Shown here piece by piece: positions 51,491 to 64,000 of a stretch of 64,000 nt of DNA. The DNA comes from the human T2T-CHM13v2.0 reference genome, Homo sapiens. Numbering within the stretch: the stretch's first letter is position 1; each line of letters begins with the position of its first letter. The stretch is from assembly GCF_009914755.1 (NCBI RefSeq), contig NC_060925.1; one strand, 5' to 3'. Made by a program: the position numbers and the translations under genes. The notes under the pieces were generated by a model. It was not told the DNA's origin and made no database searches. It saw only the letters and a program-made list of their open reading frames with translations.

Positions 51491-52303
51491 TCAGCCCACC
51501 AAGTTTTAAACTGTAAGTCCTGGGTCAGAGTGAGAACAGATTTTGTTAAAGTATCCCAGTCATATGGTATTAATCTATTATCAAGAGCCACATTTTTTAG
51601 TAAAGTTTGTACAAAAGGAGAATTTGGCCCATATTGACTAATGGCTTATTTAAATTCCTTCAACAACTTAAAAGAAAAGTGGCCCAATTAGCTATATGTT
51701 GCCCTCCTTGTTGGGTTATAGTAATGGGAAATTGCCATGCTTCTAGGTCTCCTTCAGCTCTGGCCTTCTGAATAGAATTTTGTATGGCGCCACCAATTGC
51801 TTCAGGTTTTAATGATGCAGCTACCAGAGCAGTAAGTTTTACAGCTAATTCATCTTCTCGCCCATTATGGGGAGAGGAAGGAGGTGGCCATTTACTTAAT
51901 TCAGCAGGTGGAACTGACAGGCTAGTAAAATATACCTTTTTCAGCTTTCCTTTCTTTTCTTTAATTTCCTCTGGTTCCTGTTCCTTACATTCAGAATCTG
52001 AAGGTAATTTTTTACTCTCATCTGCCTCTTTCTCATCTGAATCTGCCTCGCCATCTGTTTGAAATGGCTCAAGAGCTGCCTTTCTCAACGCCCACACTGA
52101 CCAACAGAAACTGGAATTCTGGCTCCTTCTTTATGCACCTTTTTTAAATCTCTGCCAATTCTTTCCCATTCATCCAACTCCATTGTCCCTTGTTCTGGGA
52201 ACCATGGGCAAAACTGCTCTACTGTACTAAAGAGTGTTAATAAATGTTGAGTACTAACTTTCACTCCTCCTCTCCATAGTAAATGCCTTAGAAAGTTTAA
52301 ATA

Positions 52304-52603
52304 GGCCAGGCACGGTGGCTCATGCCTGTAATCCCAGCACTTTGGGAGGCTGAGGTGGGCGGATCACAAGGTCAGGAGATCGAGACCATCCTGGCTAACA
52401 AGGTGAAACCCCGTCTCTACTAAAAATACAAAAAATTAGCTGGGTGTCGTGGCGGGTGCCTGTAGTCTCAGGTACTCGGGAGGCTGAGGCAGGAGAATGG
52501 CATGAACCCGGGAGGCGGAGGTTGCAGCGAGCCAAGATCACGCCACTGCACTTCAGCCTGGGCAACAGAGCAAGACTCCGTTTCAAAAAAAAAAAAGAAA
52601 GAA
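52304..52603 (+). mobile_element. AluY-like insertion in gag MA
   Basis: Alu motifs; TSD AGAAAGTTTAA. Confidence 0.9.
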
Positions 52604-52762
52604 AGAAAGTTTAAGCAGAATGTTTACTTTCATTTTGTCCCATTGTTACCCTGGTTCTTCTGAGCGCCCAGCTTACCCACCGAGCTCCTTTCGGTCATCC
52701 TCAGGTTTCCTTTGATGATGCGTCCTCCACTTCCACATGCTCTAGCTACTGGGGTCTTCATA

Positions 52763-52780
52763 GCCCCACGCTGGGCACCA
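52763..52780 (-). promoter_or_regulatory. Primer binding site, tRNA-Lys(CUU) type
   Basis: TGGTGCCCAGCGTGGGGC lies 4 nt after the 5' LTR and differs at 2 positions from TGGCGCCCAACGTGGGGC. A candidate major splice donor TGG|GTAAGC follows at 52677/52676. Confidence 0.88.
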
Positions 52781-52784
52781 GAAA

Positions 52785-53387
52785 TGTTGGGGTGATCAGG
52801 CCCAACACCAGGCCATGGGGGCTACAAAACCCAGCAGGATCAAAGGAATGAGAAAAGACAAGTTAAGAGTGCATAAAGTAGGTCCAGGGGCCCAGCGCTA
52901 GATTGGAGGCCGTGAAGGCCCCAAGCTCTGGGATCTCACACTATTTATTGGTGATCAAACAAAGAAGCAGGTGGTGAGGACATGAGCGTAAACAGGTGAG
53001 GGCGTGGGGATGTGGGGGTAGAAAGGTGGTGCATTAAGCCTAGCTGTGACGGTTTAGCATTTCCTTTGATGCATATAGTATATGCTCTGCTGCTTGAGAT
53101 AATGGAGGACATGTTTACAAGTAAGAAGCAAGGAACCAACAAGTCTGTGCACATTCCAGAGGCTACGAGGGGTTTTATGCCCTGAGCCCTGGGTTCCATC
53201 CAAGCCACAAGGGGTTCTATGCCCCGGGCTTAGATTGTGGTGCGGCAGGGCAGCCTTCCACCCTTTGGCACAGAGCTTGGTGTTCCAAAGGCCACGAGGG
53301 GTTTTAGACCCAGGACCCTGGACATCTTCCTAGACTCTTTTACATTATGACAGATAAGCCAGTCCTGCCTCAGCTCTTCTACCAACA
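52785..53387 (-). mobile_element. 5' LTR (LTR14B-like, 603 bp)
   Basis: Reads TGTTGGTAGAAGAGCTGAGG...TGATCACCCCAACA on -; uninterrupted. Confidence 0.9.
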
Positions 53388-53408
53388 GCGCACGCCTGTT
53401 GATCCCAG

Positions 53409-54485
<1,077 letters not shown>

Positions 54486-55119
54486 GGAAGAAATTGCATT
54501 ATTCATTTTATTGCAAAATATCTTTGACAATTTTCAATGGATTTTTGTATTGCCATTGACTCCATATACACGATTGTAATCATCTACTTTCACTTCACCC
54601 TTCTCTGTGATTAAATCTTTGAAAAATCCTAGCTTTAGCTGTTACTAGGGGAGATGAGCTTTCCTCCTGCTTTGATGAATTCTTTCCTCATGGACAAGTT
54701 AACTCTCTGGAGCAGATGGGGGCTGCGTAGCACAGTGGTTAAGAAGAGGCCTTGGAACCAGTTGGTCTGGCCTCCATCTAGCTCTGCCTTCCACTGGCTG
54801 CAGGTCCTCTGGCATGTCACTGAACACCTCTGGGTGTCAGTGGCCTCAGGTGGAATGGGGTTAATGCAGGAACCTACCTGAGGATGAAATGCAGACATCA
54901 CCTGAGATAATATATGTGAAGTACCTAGTCCATTGTCTGGCCTATTAGGAGACCTAGCTGATTTAATTATTTATGATTCAAATATGTTTATTCATTCATC
55001 TTCTCACAAATATTGAGCTTTTAAAACATAGTGAGAGCTAGATCATAAATCTCCCTCCCAGGTGCCCACTAAGCTGTGCCCCAGGCCTTGTGACCTCAGT
55101 CTTCCCAGCTGACCTCTGA

Positions 55120-55680
<561 letters not shown>

Positions 55681-55773
55681 TAAACCCTACTGTTCCCACT
55701 CCATCCCCCCAATATATTTATAATTTTTGTAAAATTTATAATTTTACAAAAGTAATCATTATAATTTTTGTAA

Positions 55774-56108
<335 letters not shown>

Positions 56109-56492
56109 TGATTATATAAATATTGTCCGCTACAGAGCCAAGCAATGTGCCATTATTACATTTTCTTTCTCAAACAATTTTCCATTTTTCCTGTAGTTTT
56201 TTTCCTTTGCTTATTTTTCTATATACTGTCTTAATTTCCCCCCCCCCAATATACCATTGGATGTGACAAATGTCCACTGATATTCTTTTCCAAAAACTTT
56301 ATCAGTTGGCCGGGCGCGGTGGCTCACGCCTGTAATCCCAGCACTTTGGGAGGCCGAGGCGGGTGGATCACGAGGTCAAGAGATCGAGACCATCCTGGCT
56401 AACATGGTGAAACCCCGTCTCTACTAAAAATATTAAAAAAAAAAAAAAATTAGCTGGGCGTGGTGGCGGGCGCCTGTAGTCCCAGCTACTCA

Positions 56493-56615
<123 letters not shown>

Positions 56616-56783
56616 TTATCAGTAAATGCATTAATTATTCCCTCCCCCACAACCCGAGGCCTGCTTCCTAGCACCCTTTGTCTTTCTCTCCTTCCCACTC
56701 CGTGTCTTTTTCTTCTAATCTGGACAAGTTGCCCTCTAATTTTGCTGCACAGCTGTCAAGCTGAGACTCCTCTTTGCCGATAA

Positions 56784-57149
<366 letters not shown>

Positions 57150-58327
57150 TAGCCAGAATGGTCTGGATCTCCTGACCTCGTGATCCGCCGGCCTCGGCTT
57201 CCCAAAGTGCTGGGATTGCAGGCATGAGCCGCCGCACCCGCCTCCCCTTTTATATTTTAACTCCCTTGTTTTGCTGGATTATATCCTCTAGTAAGTACCC
57301 AAGACAAGGTGCATGAGAAGTAAAAACGTTTTTAGTCCCTGAATGTCTGAAAATACCTTTAATTTGTCCCCACATTTTATTATAGAATTGTTAGAAATAC
57401 TTTTCCCATAGACATTTCAAGGCCTTGCTGCACTACTTTATGACAGCCAGTGTTGCTCTTGAGAAGTCTGATGATCTTTGTGTTGACCTTTTTGAAAATC
57501 TTTCCCTCTCTCTAGAAGCTGTTAGGATCTTCCCTTTTTCTTTAGCATTCTGAAATTTCACAATATGTCTCATTGGTACGGGTTTTCTAACTTTTGAGCG
57601 TGCCTTTTTGATCTGGAGCTACTTGTCCTTTGGTTTGGGAAGTATTATTGGATTATTTCTTTAATTATTTCTTTTGTTTGGTGTTCTCTTCCTCTCTCAT
57701 ATAACTCATATTAGTCTGGGTGCTTCCTGGATTGGTCATCTGATTTTCTTTTCCTTCCCCTACCCACTGCCGCCCGACTGTCCATCTCTTTAATTTGTGT
57801 TCTGTTTTTCTGGGAGAATTCTCAATTCTATCTCCTGACTTTTCTGTTAGAATTTTTATTTCAAGAAGTATTATCTAATTCTCTGAATGTTCCTTTTTTT
57901 CAAATTGTCCCTTTTTCATAGATAGAATTCTTCTCATATCTTCAAGGGCATTGTGATTTCTTTGAAGATTTTTCTGCTTTTTGCCTTGTCTCTGTTGCCT
58001 GTGAGCAATTTTTCTCTATTTTGGGCTTTGCCTTTCATGTCACAGGCTTTGCCCAAGTGTTTGGTGATCCTTCAGTATTTAGAAATGAGACACTAAAACA
58101 TCAATTGAAAGTTCTGTGTGTGGTGGGTAGTAAACTGATTGGCCTCAATGGCAGGTGATCAAATAGGGAGTCAGCTGTTTTGTTATGGGGCCTCTGAATG
58201 TCATTAGCTGTAGATAATGGTAATTAATGGCAGTAAACTTACAGTAAAGTTGCAAAACTCCCATACATGTCTTACCCAGACACTAATTGTTAACACTTTG
58301 CTGCATTTGCTTTCTAATTCAATATCT

Positions 58328-58460
58328 CTGTGTGTGTGTGTATATATATACACACACATATATACACACACATATACACACACACATATACACACACACA
58401 TATATATACATACACACATATATACACACACACACATATAGTTCCTATATATGTGTACAC
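58328..58460. repeat. Compound (TG)/(TA)/(CA) microsatellite
   Basis: Directly visible. Confidence 0.95.
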
Positions 58461-58499
58461 ACTGAAACATTTTAAATTTCAAACATGATTCCTTAAATA

Positions 58500-58578
58500 T
58501 TAGGTTGGTGCAAAAGTAATTGTGGTTTTTGCCATTGAAAGTAATGGCAAAACCGCAAATACCTTTGCACCAACTGAA
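58500..58578. mobile_element. MADE1 mariner-derived MITE
   Basis: ~80-bp palindrome TTAGGTTGGTGCAAAAGTAATTG..TTTGCCATT-gaaagt-AATGGCAAAA..TTTGCACCAAC flanked by TA. Confidence 0.92.
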
Positions 58579-58879
58579 TACTTCAGTGTACATTTTTTTA
58601 AGATCAGTGACGTTCACTTAAGAAACAATTCAGTTTTCAAACTCAAGATATTTAACATTAATATAATCTATTATTGAATCTACAGAACTCCTTCAAATTT
58701 CCCCAATTGTCCCAACAATATTCTTTATATAAATTTTTTTTCTGGGCCAGGATCCAATATAGAACAGAGAGCACTGCAATGAGGTTTCGCAGCTCTTTTG
58801 TCCCCCTTAATCAGGAAGAGCTTCTCAGTCTTTCCATATCTTTCATTACATTGCCCTTTTTTCACACTGACATTTTTGA

Positions 58880-59217
<338 letters not shown>

Positions 59218-59605
59218 TAATGTCGGGTTTGTGCAATGTTTCCTCATGATTCTATCCATATTGTGCATTTTTGGCAGAAACAATGTTGTTTCCTTTTTGT
59301 TGAATCAGGAATTGATCTACAATTTTTATCCAAGATTGCCTCCCACACATTATTTCATTCTACCTGATGTACCTGGAAACTCTCCAGATGTTTATGCAGA
59401 ACAACAGCCTTGCTCTGATTTTTTACACAATATAATTTATTCTAAAGAGCACACTGTACCCATTCTTTTGCCCCGTAAACCTTTCAATGGCTTTTAGCCA
59501 AAAGCAGTGAAAATCTGTCTAAATTTTGCCCTGCTGAGTTGGACTCTGATGCATTTGTTTCTACACTGCCCATATGTAGACTGTACTTAGAAATATCTTG
59601 CACTA

Positions 59606-60082
<477 letters not shown>

Positions 60083-60153
60083 TCACGGGTTTTGGTATAT
60101 TTACAGACTTGTAGTGATGTAACCATCACCAATATCTAATTTTAGAAGAGTTT

Positions 60154-60645
60154 TGATGCAGGGCAGCTGAGACCCCAGATTGGGTCTCAGCCCAGCAGGG
60201 TTTTTAGCTTTGTCCAGGAAAGAATTCAAGAGAGAGCCCGTGGTGTGAGACAGCAACTTTTATGGAGGTGGCGGTGTCCAGCAGCAGCAGAGGGGGCCTG
60301 CTCCTGCAGTGCAGGGCTGCCCCACAGGCAGTGTGCTGAGAGCAGCAGCTCTGGGCGATTCTGCAGTCATGTTGATACCCACTTTTAGTTACATGCAGAT
60401 TAAGGGGCAGTTTATGCAGACATTTCTAGGAAAAGGGTAGTAACTTTTGGGTCCTCGGGTCATTGCCATGGAAGGGGGGTGATAACTCCAGGGGCGTGCC
60501 CTGGTAAACTGACATGGCACACTGATATGATGGGCATATCTTATGCTCATCTTCCACCCAGTCCCTGTTTTAGCTAGTCCTCAATTTGGTCCTCAATCTG
60601 GTGTCCAAGCCCCACCTCTGGCGTTAAGTCCTGACTCCTACCTGT
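60154..60645 (-). mobile_element. ERV1-class solo LTR (MER66/MER41-group-like) inserted in an L1 3' relic
   Basis: Motifs AGGAAAGAATTCAAG, ATGCAGATTAAGGGGC, CCTGTTTTAGCTAGTCCTCAATTTGGTCC recalled from this LTR group; subfamily uncertain. Confidence 0.65.
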
Positions 60646-61507
60646 TTCACCATCACTGCAGTTTTAAGAGTAACGAATTTGGGTCCCCTGGTGAAGTGGC
60701 CAGAGGCAGAGCTTCTGTGTGAACTATTTGGAGGGGAGGGGAAAGAACTCTCCCAGACTGCAGGTTCTGAAAGGAATACAGAGATGTCAGAGACTGCAGT
60801 TGCAAGAGAAAGCTTTTATAGGAGGGTGTAGAATTAAAGGACAAGAGGACTCTACATGTGGATGGAGGAGGGCACCCTGTCCGGCAGTACTGCAAGAGCA
60901 AAAGTTTGGAGGTGGGAGTGAGGTGAGTGCGTCTGCCGGCCAGAATTCTTGGGCCAGGGTGAGCAGAAAGGTTGGAGGCCAAGGGAAGGTGGGTGGTGGT
61001 GAACCTTATCCTGAAGTGTGCAAGGTGACAGTCAGAAGCTTAGAACTCCAGCCACGGGCCCTGCATGTGGCCTCCTAGCTGTAGTCTGTCCACCGAGATC
61101 GTGAGGATGCTGGTGGTTGAAAGAACTGCACCTCTGAGCAGGTGAAGAGAGAAGCTAAGGAGGGGTGATGGCAGAGGCGATGGGACAGGCTTTCTAACAA
61201 TGAGGGGCTGGGGTCAACGCTCTCACGGAAGCTAAAAGAGCCCCAGCAACCACCCGCCTGGGCCCTGAGCTCCCTCCAAAGCGGGAGGGGATTCACTAAG
61301 AGGTTGCTCCCCTAGCATTGAACTCAGCATCCTATACTGGTCCTCACCATGAAGACCCCCAAGAGTGCTTCAGACCATTGCTTCTCACATTCTCTGTATA
61401 AAGACACTAATTTGTTTTTAGATTTCCAAGCATGTCACGGACCAATATGTTTGTTAAATATACTAAGAATGAATTGCTAGAAAGATGAAATTAAAAAGAC
61501 ATACACC

Positions 61508-61785
61508 GCCAGGTGCAGTGGCTCACGCCCATAATCTCACCACTTTGGGAGGCGGAGGTAGGTGCATCGCTTGAGCCCAGGAGTTCAAGATCAGCCTAGG
61601 CAACAAAGTGAGACCCCCGTATCTACAAAACTTAAAAAATTAGCCAGGTGTGGTGGCGCAGTCTGTAGTCCCAGCTATTCTGGAGGCCGAAGTGGGAGGA
61701 TCGCTTGAGGCTGCAGTGGGCCGAGATCGCACCACTGCACTCCAGCCTGGGTGATAGAGTGAGACTCTGTCTCCAAAAAAAAAAA
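61508..61785 (+). mobile_element. Older sense Alu
   Basis: Alu motifs; flanking AAA(A/G)GACATACA duplication. Confidence 0.88.
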
Positions 61786-62069
61786 GGACATACATCATGC
61801 AAGTTTGGATTTTTGTTTTTAGATTCAACTGACGAAGTTACGGGATCAAACTGCTGTAGGAGCTGCCAAACGCTTCTCTCCATTTCTGGCCGCGGGGCCG
61901 CGGACCGCCCTTTAAGTAGCCCGTTTTATCCCCGGCAGAGGTGGAGCCTTAGGCAGGCCTAGAGACTTTCCCGGGTCCTCCAGGACGGGGAACGCCCCGC
62001 TCGGAGGCCGGGCTTGGGCGGAGACTGCGCCGGGGCTGCTGAAAACTAGCCGAGGAGAGCCAGGGAGCC

Positions 62070-62115
62070 GGAGAGATCGCGCGCCTGCCGCCGCCGGAGC
62101 CTGCGAGCCGAGACC
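62070..62115 (+). other. EPHX1: Probable non-coding first exon (EPHX1 exon 1b); start approximate
   Basis: Strong donor GAGACC|GTAAGC at 62115/62116 within the island; no ATG in the exon. Confidence 0.65.
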
Positions 62116-62518
62116 GTAAGCGCCCGGGGCCGGCCGGGCCCGCACTCCCCGGACGCAGACGCGGTTCGGGCTCCGCGCGGGCTCGGCCGCCGGGGTGGGC
62201 GGCGGGCCGGGGCGCCAAGGGGTCGGGGCTGCGGTCGGCCCGCAGGGGTGCAGAGGGACTTGTAGTTGGTCCGCCCCCAGCTCCTGCCCCGGCCAGGAGA
62301 CTGCGCGTGCCGCCTACTGGGGGAAGGAGCCTGCAGGCGACCGCGGACTTCTCGCAGGGAATTCCGCGTCCCAGACTGTGGGCGGACGCCGCAGGGAGGG
62401 AGGCTCGCGACCCCGAGAGCGCACCGCGTCCCCTGGCCTGGGCGAGCTCTGCTTCCAGGGCCGTGGCTCGCTCGGCGGTGAAATGCACTTAATTTGTCAC
62501 CCAAGTCGGAACACTGAT

Positions 62519-62927
62519 TTTCATGCGCGTCCGTGTGAAGAGACCACCAAACAGGCTTTGTGTGAGCAACATGGCTGTTTATTTCACCTGGGTGCAGGCG
62601 GGCTGAGTCCGAAAAGAGTCAGCCAAGGGAGATAGGGGTGGGGCCGTTTTATAGGATTTGGGTAGGTAAAGGAAAATTACAGTCAAAGGGGGGTTCTCTG
62701 GCGGGCAGAGTGGGGGGGGGTCACAAGGTGCTCAGTAGGGGAGCTTTTGAGCCAGGATGAGCCAGGAGAAGGAATTTCACAAGACAATGTCATCAGTTAA
62801 GGCAGGAACAGGTCATTTTCACTTTTGTGGTGGAATGACATCAGTTAAGGCAGGAACCGGCCATCTGGATGTGTAGGTGCAGGCCACAGGGGATATGATG
62901 GCTTAGCTTCGGCTCAGAGGCCTGACA
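62519..62927 (-). mobile_element. HERV-H solo LTR (LTR7 family)
   Basis: Reads TGTCAGGCCTCTGAGCC..GCTAAGCCATCATATCCCCTGTG...GGACGCGCATGAAA on -; TATAAAA at 62647-62653; perfect 5-bp TSD CTGAT (62514-62518 and 62928-62932). Confidence 0.93.
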
Positions 62928-64000
62928 CTGATCACACCTTTTAGTTGAAATGCGCTTTCATCTCCATCTGCTGCCGCAGCCGCCGCCCCGCACCCCCTCG
63001 CTCTGGTCTCGGGATTGAAGGCCAGCCCTCTCCTCTTGTAGAACAGGAAACTTGCCCGGGAGTTCACCTTGTAGTTGAAGCCAGGGAATGTGGTCAACCT
63101 GAGCAAAAGCGCCGCGGAGACCGAGTGGCCGCCTGCCTCCCTCCCTGGCAGATGTCGGTTTTCTCTGAGCTTCTGGCTCCTTCCTTGCCCTGGCGGCTCC
63201 CGAGATCTTGGAGGTGGGGTGCCTAGCAATGTTGTAATCCTAATTTTGACTTTTTTTTCTTAAAGTTGAATGCCCCCTCCATAGCCCACCTCCCATTGTT
63301 TAAACTTCAGGTTCCGCAAAGCCTGGATCCGCCCCTACAGGCAACACTCGTTGTCCTGGAAGTTCTGTGAGGGCTCAGCTTGTGGCTGGAGGTGGGAGGT
63401 GAGGGGGACCCATGCACTTGGCAGGCCCGCTTCCAGGACAGCCCTTTGCTGGGATTGATGAGCTGTTGGTGGAAAATTGTTGAGGACCTTGGGGTTGGTG
63501 GCTGTTTCGGTACCACTGTGCAGCCTCCTCTGCATCCAGCATAATTTAAAATAAACATTTTCAGGAAGCCACACTTCTCCAGAAAGTAACATTGTTTTCT
63601 GGTGTAACGGTTGCCTCCTTCAGGGAGCTAGGTTTGGGGGATAATAGGGGGCCTTTCACTGGCCCCACTTGGTCTGACTTAGCAGCAAAAACTCTGCGAG
63701 TGCTCTCCAAGCAGTTTTTCTTTCCCAAATTTCCACACCTAGGAGGCGCTGAGGAGGCATGGGCGGTACTTAGGAACTGCTCACTGTGGAACTGAGGCAC
63801 AGCGGGGAGCATGCCCTCGTGGGATTTGCAGTTCTAGGGGCAGAGGGATAATAAACAAAATACATTTGTAAACTATAAAGTATGTTAGAAGATGATGTGT
63901 AATATGGAGATAAATAAAACTTTAAAGAGGGGAGAGGAGTGCCAGGTGGAAAGGGAAGGCCTCACTGAAGGGTGGCACTGGCATAGACCTGAAGAGTTAG

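Larger units (their letters stand above)
50490..52643 (-). pseudogene. gag remnant (MA-CA-NC)
   Basis: Start MGQNESK at 52643; [13 protein letters not shown]; CA LRAW..EYIKACDGIGG; two zinc knuckles (YFNCEQFGHTKKEC, degenerate; CSQCKKGNHWANQC). Confidence 0.9.
61880..63200 (+). promoter_or_regulatory. EPHX1: CpG-island promoter, most likely the far-upstream EPHX1 (E1b) promoter; split by an LTR7
   Basis: Very high CpG/GC content with many GC boxes. Identity is inferred from known synteny (EPHX1 starts about 32 kb downstream of SRP9 on the same strand); no EPHX1 coding sequence is in the window. Confidence 0.75.

Noticed and set aside
61912-63263. Overlapping 100-180 aa Arg/Pro/Gly/Ala-rich ORFs on both strands
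   Set aside because: Expected artefact of CpG-island composition; no similarity to EPHX1 or any domain I recognise

Overview
Human (primate) genomic DNA, very Alu-rich, matching the 1q42 SRP9-EPHX1 neighbourhood. Positions 1-29.5 kb are intergenic: Alu, MIR, L1, MaLR and DNA-transposon relics with no credible coding gene. The complete SRP9 gene lies on + at about 29.8-42.5 kb, with a CpG-island promoter, three coding exons giving 86 aa, an exonised antisense Alu alternative exon and tandem poly(A) signals. A decayed class II (HERV-K14/HML-1-like, LTR14B-like) provirus lies on - at 43170-53387. It integrated into an Alu and later received four young Alus plus an SVA_A that carries a 3' transduction. 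Next come a LEFTY2-like last-exon pseudogene fragment (about 55.1-55.4 kb) and a second CpG island with a non-coding first exon, most likely EPHX1 exon 1b, interrupted by an antisense solo LTR7. The most interesting unproven observations are: (1) an open HERV-K Np9 exon-2 reading frame in the SVA that could be spliced in frame to an AUG-bearing leader of the host provirus; (2) the SVA 3' transduction; (3) the NMD-escaping, ADAR-editable Alu exon inside the gene for an Alu-RNA-binding protein. Repeat subfamily names are recalled from consensus sequences and were not verified by a search. Most repeat boundaries are approximate.
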